This document shows, piece by piece, positions 48,304-60,936 of a stretch of 64,000 bases of DNA (the first letter of the stretch is position 1; every line of letters begins with the position of its first letter). The DNA is from Candidatus Collierbacteria bacterium (GTDB lineage Bacteria > Patescibacteriota > Microgenomatia > UBA1400 > JACPES01). The stretch lies in NCBI GenBank assembly GCA_016183365.1, contig JACPES010000003.1, positions 473,154-537,153 on the forward strand, written 5' to 3'. Under the pieces are notes generated by a model. That model made no database searches. It was not told the origin of the DNA and worked only from the letters and a program-made list of their open reading frames with translations. The position numbers were made by a program, and so were the translations under genes.

Positions 48304-48837
48304 CTAAAGTATTGATATATTATCTCCAACTTCAATGCTCCAGGACTCGGCGTCGCCGGCTTTAAGTTCTAAAACATAGTCAACCGGACGGGGAGACGGA
48401 TAATTGATTAATTGATTGTCGGAAATTCCCGCCACCGGCGGGGGAACATTTTTTTCGATTCCGGTAATTTTTCCATTTGAAATCCAGACAATATCCAGAG
48501 GTATCAGCATATCTTTCATCCAAAAAGAGATTTGACGGGAAGGGTTAATGATGAATAACATACCGTCGGATCCGATTTCGCTCCGGCCGGAAAGTCCGAG
48601 TTGGATTTCATCAGGGATGGAAACTGTTTCCACCGAAAGCTCGTTTTCACCGATTTTTATAGAGTTAAATTTAGGGTTAGAGATAGTTTGAGCCGGAGTT
48701 TGAGCCGGGGATAAAGAAGGTGTAACGGCTAAAAATGGGGATGGAGAAATGGTGGGTTTTACCAAGAAAATCCTAGAGCTGAAAAGCAATCCGATTATGG
48801 CGGCCAATGAAAATAGAAGGAAACGGGTTTTTTTCAT
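48304..48837 (-). CDS. DUF192 family protein
   Basis: GLSGR, GMLF, FWMKDMLIPLDIVWI, YVLELKAG. Confidence 0.88.
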   Translation of the reverse strand: MKKTRFLLFSLAAIIGLLFSSRIFLVKPTISPSPFLAVTPSLSPAQTPAQTISNPKFNSIKIGENELSVETVSIPDEIQLGLSGRSEIGSDGMLFIINPSRQISFWMKDMLIPLDIVWISNGKITGIEKNVPPPVAGISDNQLINYPSPRPVDYVLELKAGDAESWSIEVGDNISIL

Positions 48838-49029
48838 ATATGCTTAACACCCGCGACTGTTTTCAGTCGCCTTCGACGACTGCTTGAAGTATAATAAATT
48901 TATGAATGGATATCTAGCAATAATCAGAGCTGCAATTTTTGAGGTATGGCTGTTTCTGTCCTAAAAGCTGCTTTGTCAACTTTAAGGCCGGGTCTTTTGG
49001 AATGATTAGAAAGGATTGAGTAAATACTT

Positions 49030-52000
49030 ATGACTCATCGATCTCAAATTAAAGTTCTCTCGTTTGCTATCGTAATATTAATTACTCTAACCACGGTGAC
49101 TTTCACCTTTGCCTTTCCAGACCAGCAATCATCAGTGCGCGGCCAAGCCGGCGACCTATGGGCGGATGTGGTTTTAGGAAAAATTGATTTCAATCAATCC
49201 GGTCCGAATCAGGTTGTCCCTTTTAAGGTCTTTAATCCCGGAGGTGTTATCGTTGACCGCACTATTCGGCCCAACCGTGTGTATGTCTGGGATGGCGGCA
49301 ACAGTAGGATTTTGGGGTACTCATCGCTTGGCGTGTGTGCTAATGACGCAGCCATTGCATGTACGGCACACTCGGATTGTGCTGGATCATCGTGCGTATT
49401 TACCCCGAACAAACCAGCAGATCTGGTTTTAGGCCAGCCGTCTGGTTATGATTATTCGGCGTGCAACAATGACAGTAATATGGAAAATTACCCAAACCGC
49501 AAGCCCGCTTCAGCAAGCACGTTGTGTTCGTTGCCACCATGGGCAAATAGTCCACTTGAAGCAGGTTCATTTGTCAGCATGGACATTGACGCAGAATCAA
49601 ATCTCTATGTACCGGATTATTACAACAATCGTGTTTTGAAATTCAATAATCCATTTGCGACAGATACAGTGGCCGATGAAGTGTGGGGACAGGATAATTT
49701 TACCGGACATAAGTGTAACAAAACGAGTGATGATTTTCACTACGGGTTTAAAGCAAATCCAACGGAAAGTTCACTCTGTCTAGGATGGAGTACGTTTGTG
49801 GGAGGCGTTGATATCGATGCCAACGGTCATATGTGGGTAGCTGATGCAGGCAATAACCGAATCGTTCGATTTCCTAAACAAGAAGACGGAACGATTGCGA
49901 AATCAGCCGATGTGGTATTTGGTCAACCAGATTTTCACACAAATCTATCTGGATTCGGGCCCAACCAAATGAACCAACCAGCGGCGGTGCGCGTCGATCC
50001 TAATACCGGCTGGGTGTATGTGGCTGATTATTATTTGGATTCTGACCCTAACTTCTCGGACAGAAACAGTCGTGTGCTCGTATTTAAACCACCATTTACC
50101 AATGGTATGAATTACTCCGCGCTGTTTGGTTCACAATTCAAGAGACCAGCCAGTATTGAGTTTGATCCAGGAGGCGAGGGCGTATGGATATCAGATTCAA
50201 GTAACTACATGGTGGAGCTCTGGGATTATGAAGGAACGACTGTCAAAAAAGTCTTGTTCAAAGATACCTATCAGCCAAATGGTCAGTGCGGTCTTTCATC
50301 AAGCGTCAGTTGCAGTAATCTAAAACCAGACGGCAGTTGTAATTACAATATGTGCGATGTGAGAGGATCATTGGGGATAGATAGTGATAACAATCTCTTT
50401 ATTACGTCTTCAATATTCAATCAGGATACATGGAGGTTTGAGGCTCCTATTCCGACCCCAGTTGCAGGAAAAGTATACGGCAATTCCTACCAATTACATT
50501 ATCCACCGGACGGGCGCAATTACCAAAGCGCAAATGGTCCTTTTTCGCCACGGGGTATAGTGATAAAAAATAATCAATTAATTCTTTCCGATGGATACAA
50601 GATCGTATTTTGGAATGATCTTACCAGCTTAACCAATGGTAAACCGGCGGATGGCTTTATCGGCGTCTCTTCATTCCAAGATCGCGACCCGTGGGCAATT
50701 CAGAGGATAGCAGCTGATGATCAAGGACACTTACTGGTTGCGCGCAAAGCTACCATTGATCTCTATCAACTTCCACTAACGAGCGGCAAGCAACCTGTAC
50801 ATAATGGCATAATTAGCTATGAAACTCCCCTACCTGTATTTGGCGGCGGAACTATAAGCTGGGGATTTGATGATTATTTTTCCGGACATGACATTGATCC
50901 AACCGGTATGTACCTGTGGCTTGCCCAACCTGGGAAAAATAGGGTCATTCGGGTGCGTAATCCCTTCACCAGTCCCGTAGTTGATGCGATCCTTGGCCAA
51001 ACCGACACGGAGGGAAGTTACTGCAACAGAATCCAAATTAACGATACCGGTGATGTTCCGCAGGGGCAGACCCCAAATACTATCTGTATGGCCGGAGCAG
51101 TCAAGCTTGATCGGGAGGGTAACGTGTGGGTATCAGACAGCAGCCTCGAGCTTGACGGTAACAAGCGAATACTTAAATTTAATGCGAACCGGTTTATGAA
51201 TCTCTCCACAGCAGTCTACGCGCCAAATGCAGATCTTGTTTCACCGCGTGTCGCTGCCTGGGAAATGGCATTTGATACTTTTAACCGAATGGCTGTAGGT
51301 TATTCCGGTATCGTTGAGGAAAACCCTTTTCCTGGACTTTATGTCAACCCAACTGAATCGCTTTCCACCACCAAAGAACCTGACGTCCGCCTCAAGGATT
51401 TCTTTTCTCACGGATATTCTTCAGCTTTTGACGACAATAACAATCTTTATATCGCCGATTTGAACCGTGGTCGGATACTTATGTATCTTGATCCTTTAAG
51501 GGATTATCCTACACCACCTCCCTCTCCCGTGACTGTAACTTTGACTGCGATTGAGGATACATTTATTACCAGTTCTTCACCAACAACTACTAAAGGCAAT
51601 GAAAAATACCTGAGGATCAACTCAAGTTCTGACAGACGCGCTTTGGTGCGGTTTGATGCTTCAGCGATTCCTACCGGTGCAACCATTCTATCTGCAACTT
51701 TCAAGCTTTACAATAAAGAGGGGTCTGCGGTCGCCGGAGCAGTCTACCGCGTCAATGGCTCGTGGAGCGAATCAACTACGTACTACAATAATGCGCCTGC
51801 CATTGGCACAAAGATCGCCGATTTCCCCAATCCGGTAACTGTTAACACTTGGAAAGAGGCAGAGGTGGCCAGCGCCGTGGATCCGGGAGGTAATGTTGAT
51901 TTTTACTTAGCGACCTCAATCACAGACGGGGCTGATTACCGATCTTCGGAAGGTGGGACGGAAAAGCCGACTCTGGCAATTGTTTACCTGAGTGATTTGT

Positions 52001-52506
52001 CTCCTTCGTCATCACCAACGTCAGGTATTTTACCAATAACTACCACACTTAACCCAGTAGCTGATACGTTTGTACGAAGTGATTCACCCAATAAGACATC
52101 GGGTGGTACTGCATCAAAACTTACCGTTGACGGATCACCGATAAAAGTGTCCTACCTTAAGTTTGATCTTTCATCGCTAGCAGGAAAAACCATTACCGAT
52201 GTCAAGCTTAAATTCCGGGTCAGCGGGTCATCGGCTCATACCCAAACAATAAAATTCGTATCCGATACTTCCTGGGGCGAAAAAACGATGACCTACAACA
52301 ATCGGCCGTCTTTATCTACGCTTCTTAATTCATTGACGAACGGAAAATCTAATATCTGGTATGAATTGCCGATTACATCACCTGAAGTGATTTCTCAAGC
52401 TGGTTTACTTTTATCTTTGGGTATTGATTCATCGGAAAACGACGATTTAGAGATTAATTCCCGCGAGTCTTCCTACCACCCGGAGTTGATAGTCACGTAC
52501 CACTAA
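49030..52506 (+). CDS. Large secreted NHL-repeat protein with two C-terminal DNRLRE/CBM96-like domains
   Basis: Signal peptide; repeated YVxDxxNNRV and ADxVxGQxDF units; two ADTF...(V/K)FD...W.E..TY.N.P domains. Confidence 0.8.
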   Translation: MTHRSQIKVLSFAIVILITLTTVTFTFAFPDQQSSVRGQAGDLWADVVLGKIDFNQSGPNQVVPFKVFNPGGVIVDRTIRPNRVYVWDGGNSRILGYSSLGVCANDAAIACTAHSDCAGSSCVFTPNKPADLVLGQPSGYDYSACNNDSNMENYPNRKPASASTLCSLPPWANSPLEAGSFVSMDIDAESNLYVPDYYNNRVLKFNNPFATDTVADEVWGQDNFTGHKCNKTSDDFHYGFKANPTESSLCLGWSTFVGGVDIDANGHMWVADAGNNRIVRFPKQEDGTIAKSADVVFGQPDFHTNLSGFGPNQMNQPAAVRVDPNTGWVYVADYYLDSDPNFSDRNSRVLVFKPPFTNGMNYSALFGSQFKRPASIEFDPGGEGVWISDSSNYMVELWDYEGTTVKKVLFKDTYQPNGQCGLSSSVSCSNLKPDGSCNYNMCDVRGSLGIDSDNNLFITSSIFNQDTWRFEAPIPTPVAGKVYGNSYQLHYPPDGRNYQSANGPFSPRGIVIKNNQLILSDGYKIVFWNDLTSLTNGKPADGFIGVSSFQDRDPWAIQRIAADDQGHLLVARKATIDLYQLPLTSGKQPVHNGIISYETPLPVFGGGTISWGFDDYFSGHDIDPTGMYLWLAQPGKNRVIRVRNPFTSPVVDAILGQTDTEGSYCNRIQINDTGDVPQGQTPNTICMAGAVKLDREGNVWVSDSSLELDGNKRILKFNANRFMNLSTAVYAPNADLVSPRVAAWEMAFDTFNRMAVGYSGIVEENPFPGLYVNPTESLSTTKEPDVRLKDFFSHGYSSAFDDNNNLYIADLNRGRILMYLDPLRDYPTPPPSPVTVTLTAIEDTFITSSSPTTTKGNEKYLRINSSSDRRALVRFDASAIPTGATILSATFKLYNKEGSAVAGAVYRVNGSWSESTTYYNNAPAIGTKIADFPNPVTVNTWKEAEVASAVDPGGNVDFYLATSITDGADYRSSEGGTEKPTLAIVYLSDLSPSSSPTSGILPITTTLNPVADTFVRSDSPNKTSGGTASKLTVDGSPIKVSYLKFDLSSLAGKTITDVKLKFRVSGSSAHTQTIKFVSDTSWGEKTMTYNNRPSLSTLLNSLTNGKSNIWYELPITSPEVISQAGLLLSLGIDSSENDDLEINSRESSYHPELIVTYH

Positions 52507-52817
52507 TTTGCAAGTCATTCTGAAAAGTTAATAATTATAATATCTTTGAAACTTTAATTTTATATATTTTCTTTATAGTATAGTTATAGATTGTCTATGG
52601 GTAAGAAGATATCCAGGCAAAGTCGTAAAAATGAAGAAGGTTAAATGATTCAAATCAATTAACCTTGGCGCATAGTTATTTAGCTTGCGAGTTTCGTGCG
52701 TCTGTGATTTTGGGTATTACGCTTCAATTATTTGCTATGATGTTTATATGGTCAAGGCTTTGCAATGGTTGGGTTTTATGCTTTTAATTCCCCTTTGATA
52801 CCCTGGATGTTTCGGAG

Positions 52818-53009
52818 TTGCAATCAGGAAATATATTCGAAGAATGGACTCAGAAGGGCGAAAAATCTTATCATTTTCCTGGCTGTATCCAATACAATAC
52901 TACTAGGATTGAAAAATATCGGAGAGAACAATGGTTTTGCACTGAGGCCGAAGCCAAAAATGCCGGGTACGTCAAATCCGATGGTTGCTTCGACAAATCG
53001 TTTAAATAA
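52818..53009 (+). pseudogene. Orphan fragment of a nuclease-associated small Cys domain
   Basis: GNI...GEKSYHFPGC..Y.TT.I....QWFCTEAEAKNAGY, normally the C-terminal domain of a longer protein; no intact N-terminal part seen. Confidence 0.55.
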
Positions 53010-53081
53010 CTCTCACTATTTTATCACTTCAAACTAGAGAAAAAAGATTTTTGGCGATAAACTTGGTAAAATATACTGTCT

Positions 53082-53153
53082 GGGTCCATAGCTCAGGGGT
53101 AGAGCAGCGACCTTTTAAGTCGCGTGCCGTGGGTTCGATTCCCACTGGACCCA
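53082..53153 (+). tRNA. tRNA-Lys(TTT)
   Basis: GGGTCCA...TGGACCC-A; anticodon arm GCGAC-CTTTTAA-GTCGC. Confidence 0.94.
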
Positions 53154-53160
53154 CCTAAAA

Positions 53161-53232
53161 GGCTCCATCGTCTACCGGTTAGGACATCAGGTTTTCATCC
53201 TGAAAATCGGGGTTCGATTCCCCGTGGAGTCA
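53161..53232 (+). tRNA. tRNA-Glu(TTC)
   Basis: GGCTCCA...TGGAGTC-A; anticodon arm TCAGG-TTTTCAT-CCTGA. Confidence 0.94.
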
Positions 53233-53567
53233 CAAAAAAAGAAATCGAAGATTCGCAAGGTGGAGCGCTCGCAACGCCCCCGCTCGTTGCGAGCTAACAA
53301 AGTGAGGTTCGAATTTTTCGAAAAACGGTCACCACTATCACAACTGATGTGCTCGAGCGTACGACTTTTGATAGAAACAGAATTACTTGCTGTCAAAGGC
53401 CTATACGCCAGCCTGTTTAAAATCCAATCCGGCGACGTCGATAAGCTCAAAGACTGGGATTTGGTGGGGTAAACTACTCCACCACCAGCGTCCCCTTCAT
53501 ATAAGGATGCGGGGTGCAGTGAAACCCATAGCTCCCCGATTTAGTTGGGGCGGCGATTTTTTTTCAT

Positions 53568-54272
53568 TTAATTCACCCCCTCATCGCCAATTAATTCTAT
53601 AGTTTTTATCAAAACCGGATCAACCGGCCCAGATCCTTCGTCTCCGGAGATGGTCGCAGCTTCCGCGATTTTATCAACAGTGTCCATTCCCTCCACGACT
53701 TTTCCAAAAATTACATAATTTTTGGGCAAAGGATAATCCTGGTGCATGATAAAAAACTGGCTGCCGTTGGTGTTTGGTCCGGCATTGGCCATAGCCACGG
53801 TGCCGCGGGTATATTCCCCTTCAAACGGTTCATCCGCAAAATTGTATCCGGGACCGCCCGAACCATTTCCTTTAGGATCCCCGCCCTGAATCATAAAACC
53901 TTTAATTACCCGGTGAAAAATAGTGCCGTTATAAAAATTACTTTGAGACAATTTAATAAAATTGGCAATAGTAACAGGGGTACTACCAAAATTGAATTTA
54001 ATAGTAATATCGCCGGCAGAAGTATGCAGAATTGCCATAGATTGTTTAGCGGCAGGAATTGTCGGAACAATTATTGTCGGGGTCGGACTTAATGTTGATT
54101 CAGCGTTCGGGATAGCCGACTGATTGGAAGTTGAATCTAGGATATTTGGAGAGGTCAGTTTGTCTGTTGGCTTGTTTGACATAAGGTTATTATTCTTATC
54201 AAATTTCAAAAATACTAAACTGACTGTAACTGCTAAGCCTACTAAAATCAAGACCAAAGAAGTTTTATTCAT
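53568..54272 (-). CDS. Cyclophilin-type peptidyl-prolyl isomerase, membrane anchored
   Basis: FHRVIKGFMIQGGDP, AMANAGPNTNGSQFFI. Confidence 0.95.
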   Translation of the reverse strand: MNKTSLVLILVGLAVTVSLVFLKFDKNNNLMSNKPTDKLTSPNILDSTSNQSAIPNAESTLSPTPTIIVPTIPAAKQSMAILHTSAGDITIKFNFGSTPVTIANFIKLSQSNFYNGTIFHRVIKGFMIQGGDPKGNGSGGPGYNFADEPFEGEYTRGTVAMANAGPNTNGSQFFIMHQDYPLPKNYVIFGKVVEGMDTVDKIAEAATISGDEGSGPVDPVLIKTIELIGDEGVN

Positions 54273-54876
54273 GGTTTTTGGGGTCCCGTCTGTCTTTTAC
54301 AAAATGGATTATGGCCGGTAAAACAGAGGCTAAAATTATAACACCGATGATTGGTAACAAGTATTTATCCGCGTTGGGAATGACAGACCCCAGAAAGTAT
54401 CCCAGCAGTGTCAAACCAAAAGACCACAATAATCCTCCGATGACATTGTAGGTTATAAACGAACCGTAATGCATATCGGCCATTCCGGCCACAATCGGAG
54501 CAAAAGTCCTGATGGCCGGCATAAACCGGGCCAATATTAATGTTTTGCCGCCGTGGCGGTCATAAAAACGTTTGGCCGCTTCCAAATGACTTTTTTGGAA
54601 GAAAAATGACTCTTTTTGTTTAACTAGCCAGCTTCCGAATTTCCTTCCGGTCCAAAACCCAATACTATCTCCGCCAATCGCACCTAATGTTATTAGGGGT
54701 AAAAGAATCCAAATATTAAAAATCTTTTGTGAGGCTAAAAATCCGGCGGTGAACAGGAGGCTGTCTCCGGGTAAGAAAAAACCGAAAAATAAGCCTGATT
54801 CGGCAAAAGCCATTCCGAAAATTCCCAAATAGCCGATGGAGGTAATTAAGGATTGAAGATCGTAGCCGAAGAGCAT
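54265..54876 (-). CDS. DedA family membrane protein
   Basis: FAESGLFFGFFLPGDSLLF, ARFMPAIRTF. Confidence 0.93.
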   Translation of the reverse strand: MLFGYDLQSLITSIGYLGIFGMAFAESGLFFGFFLPGDSLLFTAGFLASQKIFNIWILLPLITLGAIGGDSIGFWTGRKFGSWLVKQKESFFFQKSHLEAAKRFYDRHGGKTLILARFMPAIRTFAPIVAGMADMHYGSFITYNVIGGLLWSFGLTLLGYFLGSVIPNADKYLLPIIGVIILASVLPAIIHFVKDRRDPKNHE

Positions 54877-54970
54877 AACGGATATGGTAACATATTTCTA
54901 TCATCTATTTTCTCATGGTTGCCGGGGTTGCCGTTCCGACGCATTTTGTGTATAATAAAAACTTGTAATT

Positions 54971-55357
54971 ATGCCAAGCAACCCTAAAACCTTGGTGGCG
55001 ACGACTTCAGATCCTCGCTACCAGGAACTTTTTTTTGATTGGCTTTCAGCGCGCAAACTATCCGCTAACCATGTGCGGATAGCGGTAGCCGGGTGCGTTA
55101 AAGACCGGGAAGCCATTATGAAAAGCATCCGTCAAGCCAAAAAAAGTTACGGTATTCAAAAAGTGGTATTAATCAATGCCTTGGGTGACAAAGCTTATTC
55201 CGAACGTAAATTTGCTAATCTAGACTTGGAAAAAGAAGCTCACCGCAATGACCTTAAAAATACTGCTGCGGCCATCAAAGCCGAATCCCCCGAGATGCAA
55301 GTCGAGCTTTTCTTAATTGACGGTAAACATAAATTTGAACAAATCCCTCCTCAATAA
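54971..55357 (+). CDS. Beta-carbonic-anhydrase-like small protein lacking canonical Zn ligands
   Basis: TSDPRYQ (cf. CxDxR), IAVAG, VVLINALGD (cf. HxxC). Confidence 0.45.
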   Translation: MPSNPKTLVATTSDPRYQELFFDWLSARKLSANHVRIAVAGCVKDREAIMKSIRQAKKSYGIQKVVLINALGDKAYSERKFANLDLEKEAHRNDLKNTAAAIKAESPEMQVELFLIDGKHKFEQIPPQ

Positions 55358-55375
55358 CAGGAGGGATTTTTATTT
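55341..55375 (+). terminator. Intrinsic terminator-like hairpin
   Basis: AAATCCCTCCT-CAATAAC-AGGAGGGATTT followed by a T-rich tail. Confidence 0.6.
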
Positions 55376-55380
55376 AACAC

Positions 55381-56121
55381 ATGGCCTCTGCCATACACAT
55401 ATCGATCGCCGCTGAACCATTATTTAATCTTGGCCCTTTGGCGGTAACCAATTCTTTGGTTACCAGCTGGTTGGTAGTTTCGGCTTTAAGTTTATTGGCG
55501 ATTTATGTCGGCAGGAATTTAAAGAAAATTCCCTCGTATCTTCAAATATTAGTGGAAATTCCGGTTTCAGGGATTTATGATTTAGCCAATAATATAACCG
55601 GATCCAGGGCCAAAGTATTTTTCCCGTTCGTCTTTACCGCTTTTATTTATATAATTTTTTCCAATTGGATCGGTTTGGTTCCCGGAGTCGGAACAATATT
55701 CCTCAAAATCGGAGAACACGGGGCGGAAAAAGCCCCTTTACTGCGGGCTCCGACCGCGGATATTAATACCACTTTGGCTTTGGCTCTTTTGAGCGTCGGT
55801 TTGGTTCAATATTACGGTTTAAAGACCTTAGGCGTGGAATATGTTAAAAAGTTCTTTAACTTTAAAAACCCGATTTTGACTTTTGTCGGAATACTCGAAT
55901 TGGTCAGTGAAATCTCCAAAATTATTAGTTTCGCTTTCCGGCTTTTTGGAAACATATTTGCCGGAGAAGTATTGCTGGTGGTAACATCGTTTTTGGTCCC
56001 GTTTTTGGTGCCGGCGCCTTTTTACGGATTGGAGCTTTTTGTCGGATTTATTCAGGCCCTGGTGTTTAGTATGCTAACATTGGTATTCTTAAATCTAGCA
56101 ACAACTCATGCGGAATATTAA
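55381..56121 (+). CDS. atpB: ATP synthase F0 subunit a
   Basis: PTADIN, SFAFRLFGNIFAGE, FIQALVF. Confidence 0.96.
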   Translation: MASAIHISIAAEPLFNLGPLAVTNSLVTSWLVVSALSLLAIYVGRNLKKIPSYLQILVEIPVSGIYDLANNITGSRAKVFFPFVFTAFIYIIFSNWIGLVPGVGTIFLKIGEHGAEKAPLLRAPTADINTTLALALLSVGLVQYYGLKTLGVEYVKKFFNFKNPILTFVGILELVSEISKIISFAFRLFGNIFAGEVLLVVTSFLVPFLVPAPFYGLELFVGFIQALVFSMLTLVFLNLATTHAEY

Positions 56122-56361
<240 letters not shown>

Positions 56362-56367
56362 AAAATT

Positions 56368-56862
56368 ATGGAAAAATTGGGTATTAACGCATATCAGCTT
56401 TTAGCCCAAGGGGTAAACTTCTTAATTTTGATGTTTATCCTGAAAAAATTTCTCTTAAAGCCATTGCTGGCTTTATTGGAGAAGAGAAAGGCGTCGATTG
56501 TAGATCTGGCTCAAACGGAAGAGGATTTGGCCAAAAGAATTAAAGATGCGCAAGCAAAAGATCAGCAGGTGTTGAAGCAGGCTAAAATTAAAGCCGACGA
56601 GATTATTAAACAGGCTCAAAATAAAGCCAGAAAAGAAACGGCGGAAATTTTAGCCGCAGCCCGGCAGGAATCAAAGAAAGTTTTGGATCAAGCGGATATA
56701 GACGCCAAATCGGAGTCCGAAAAAGCCAAAACCCGCCTACAAGTTATGGTAATTAAGGAGGCCGCGGCATTAGCCAATCGGGCTTTGTCCGAGGTTTTAT
56801 CAAAAGAAGACCAGCAGAAAATTACCGAAGTTCAAATAGCCAAACTGGTTAAAGGAAAATAA
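56368..56862 (+). CDS. atpF: ATP synthase F0 subunit b
   Basis: N-terminal TM (QGVNFLIL...KP) followed by a coiled coil. Confidence 0.92.
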   Translation: MEKLGINAYQLLAQGVNFLILMFILKKFLLKPLLALLEKRKASIVDLAQTEEDLAKRIKDAQAKDQQVLKQAKIKADEIIKQAQNKARKETAEILAAARQESKKVLDQADIDAKSESEKAKTRLQVMVIKEAAALANRALSEVLSKEDQQKITEVQIAKLVKGK

Positions 56863-56863
56863 T

Positions 56864-58507
56864 ATGCCTGACGCCTTAATCCGCTCCAGGGTAATAATAA
56901 GTCCCGACGAGCTTATCAAAGTTAAGAAACACTTGGGAGTAAGTTCTATTAAAAATGAGATTGACGCTTCAATCCCGGCTGGGTTTTTGGCGGAAATCGG
57001 AGATAAAATCTTCGATTTTACGATAGATATAAATCAGGCCAGCCATCGTCAAAAAGAGTATAGCATCGGCAGAATTACTCTGATCGGGGATGGTGTGGCT
57101 GAAGCGGATGGATTGTCGGAAGCTATGATGGGAGAAATTGTCGAAATTGAAGATAAAACCAGGGGTTTAGTTTTAAATTTATCCGTAAAAAGCGCCGGAA
57201 TCGTGATTTTAGGGGATAATTCTCGGATTAAGCCTGGCGATTTGGTAAAAACCACCGGCCGGCTTTTATCTATTCCGGTGGGGCAGGAAGTTTTGGGCCG
57301 GGTGATTGATCCTTTGGGCCAACCTCTGGACGGAAAACCTGAATTTTTGCCCCAAAAATTCAATCCGTTGGAAAAGATCGCTCCGGGGGTGATGGCCAGA
57401 CAATCGGTTTCAGTCCCTTTACAAACCGGAATTAAGGCGATTGACGGCATGATTCCGATCGGCCGGGGCCAAAGAGAGCTGATTATCGGCGACCGCCAAA
57501 CCGGAAAAACTTCGATTGCTTTATCCACAATTATCAATCAAAAAAATGAAGGCGTGTTTTGCGTCTACGTCGCCATAGGCCAAAAACGCTCCAATATAGC
57601 CCAATTTATCGCTGTTTTAGAAAAATTCGGGGCCATGTCTCATACGGTAGTGGTGGCGGCTTCGGCCTCTAATTCTCCAGCGATGCAGTATTTGGCCCCT
57701 TATGCCGGCTGCGCTATCGGCGAATATTTTTTAGAAAAAGGCCAGGACGCTTTGGTGATCTATGATGATTTAAGCAAACACTCGTGGGCTTACCGTCAGA
57801 TTAGTTTGCTTTTGCGACGTCCGTCAGGCCGCGAAGCCTATCCGGGAGATATCTTTTACGCCCATTCTCGGCTTTTGGAAAGGTCATGCCGCTTAAATCA
57901 AAAATCCGGCGGGGGATCATTGACCGCAATGCCTGTAATCGAAACCCAGGCCGGTGATTTATCCGCTTATATCCCGACTAACGTTATTAGCATTACCGAT
58001 GGCCAAATTTATTTGGAATCCGATTTGTTCAACTCCGGCCAAAAACCGGCCATTAACGTTGGCAATTCTGTCAGCCGGGTGGGCGGAGCGGCTCAAATCA
58101 AGGCCATAAAACAAGTTGCCGGCAGATTGAGGTTGGATTTGGCTCAATACCGCGAACTACAGGCTTTTGCCCAGTTTGCTTCCGATTTGGACGAAAGAAC
58201 CAAGAAGGACTTGAACCGAGGAGCTAAATTGACGGAGTTATTGAAACAGGACCGAGACGATCCGATGCCGGTTGAGAGGCAAGTAGTTTCAATCTGGGCC
58301 GGGACTAACGGAATTTTAGACGATTTGGATTTAGGCAAGATTAAAAATTTCGAAAATCATTTATTAGCTTATGTCGAGCGGCATAATCCGGAAATATTTG
58401 AAAAGATCGCTAAGGAAAAACTTTTGAGTCCCGAAACCATTGAAAAATTGTCCAAAATAGTCAGAGATGCCAAGCAGGTGTATATACAGGAGGAAAATGG
58501 CGACTAA
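56864..58507 (+). CDS. atpA: ATP synthase F1 alpha subunit with N-terminal delta-like segment
   Basis: [20 protein letters not shown]; N-terminal [26 protein letters not shown] resembles the delta C-terminus. Confidence 0.95.
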   Translation: MPDALIRSRVIISPDELIKVKKHLGVSSIKNEIDASIPAGFLAEIGDKIFDFTIDINQASHRQKEYSIGRITLIGDGVAEADGLSEAMMGEIVEIEDKTRGLVLNLSVKSAGIVILGDNSRIKPGDLVKTTGRLLSIPVGQEVLGRVIDPLGQPLDGKPEFLPQKFNPLEKIAPGVMARQSVSVPLQTGIKAIDGMIPIGRGQRELIIGDRQTGKTSIALSTIINQKNEGVFCVYVAIGQKRSNIAQFIAVLEKFGAMSHTVVVAASASNSPAMQYLAPYAGCAIGEYFLEKGQDALVIYDDLSKHSWAYRQISLLLRRPSGREAYPGDIFYAHSRLLERSCRLNQKSGGGSLTAMPVIETQAGDLSAYIPTNVISITDGQIYLESDLFNSGQKPAINVGNSVSRVGGAAQIKAIKQVAGRLRLDLAQYRELQAFAQFASDLDERTKKDLNRGAKLTELLKQDRDDPMPVERQVVSIWAGTNGILDDLDLGKIKNFENHLLAYVERHNPEIFEKIAKEKLLSPETIEKLSKIVRDAKQVYIQEENGD

Positions 58508-59369
58508 CCGCGAATTAAAGCGCAGGATAAAATCAGCCGGAAATATCAGCAAAATTACCAAAGCGATGGAAGCTGTGGCTGCCAGTAAAATGAAAAAAGC
58601 TCAAGACGTAGCGACGGCCGGAGTTTCTTATGAGGCATTAATGAAAAAAATGGTTTCCAACATCATTAGATTTTCCAGCATCGTCAATCATCCCTTAATT
58701 TCTGTGACAGCCGACCGGGAACTTTTACCGTCTCTAATAATTATAATCTCTCCAGATAGAGGTTTATGCGGTTCTTTGCCGACCGGAACATTTAGAAAAG
58801 CCGAAACAGAAATTAGGCGAAAGTCTAATCAGGATAAAGTTATAGTAGTGGGAAAAAAGGCCGTAGTTTATGCCCGCCGGACCGATTGGAACATTTTAGC
58901 CAGTTTTGATTCATTGGGAGATAAGCCGGTTTTATCCGATACCTCGGCTATTGGGGCTATCGCGATTGAAGAGTATGAACAAAAGCGGGTGGGGGGAATT
59001 AGTTTGGTGTATCCTAAATTTATTTCAACCCTGAACCAAGAAGCGGTCATCGAAAACATTTTGCCGGTAAAGTTAATCTCTGAAATGCCGGAGGTCCGGA
59101 TTCTCCAGCCGAAGTACATTTTCGAGCCAACAGCCGCAGATTTATTATCTGAACTATTGCCGGCTTATGTCAGACTGTCAATTTATCAGGCGGTTTTATC
59201 CGCTAAAGCTTCCGAGCAATCCGCCAGGATGATTGCGATGAAAAATGCTTCGGATAACGCCCGAGAGATAAGAGGCCTATTGCAATTGTCATATAATCAA
59301 AACCGCCAGAAAGCTATTACCGCAGAAATCGCGGATATCGTCACGTCCAGTATGGCGGTGGTGAATTAG
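58497..59369 (+). CDS. atpG: ATP synthase F1 gamma subunit
   Basis: [45 protein letters not shown]. Confidence 0.96.
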   Translation: MATNRELKRRIKSAGNISKITKAMEAVAASKMKKAQDVATAGVSYEALMKKMVSNIIRFSSIVNHPLISVTADRELLPSLIIIISPDRGLCGSLPTGTFRKAETEIRRKSNQDKVIVVGKKAVVYARRTDWNILASFDSLGDKPVLSDTSAIGAIAIEEYEQKRVGGISLVYPKFISTLNQEAVIENILPVKLISEMPEVRILQPKYIFEPTAADLLSELLPAYVRLSIYQAVLSAKASEQSARMIAMKNASDNAREIRGLLQLSYNQNRQKAITAEIADIVTSSMAVVN

Positions 59370-60818
<1,449 letters not shown>

Positions 60819-60832
60819 TACGTTAAGCTGAA

Positions 60833-60925
60833 AGCATTGCGGGTAGGAAAGCGGGAACCTATTTAAATAGATTCCCGATCAGGTCGGGAACGACAAGCGG
60901 ATTCCGGGTTTAAGGCCGGAAAGAC
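60833..60925. repeat. Cluster of family D hairpins between atpD and atpC
   Basis: AGATTCCCGATCAGGTCGGGAACGAC and GGATTCCGGGTTTAAGGCCGGAAAGAC. Confidence 0.65.
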
Positions 60926-60936
60926 AGTATTAATCC

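Noticed and set aside
53187-53602. ORFs of 71-87 aa overlapping tRNA-Glu and the downstream hairpins
   Set aside because: They overlap a tRNA or palindromic DNA and show no recognisable domain.
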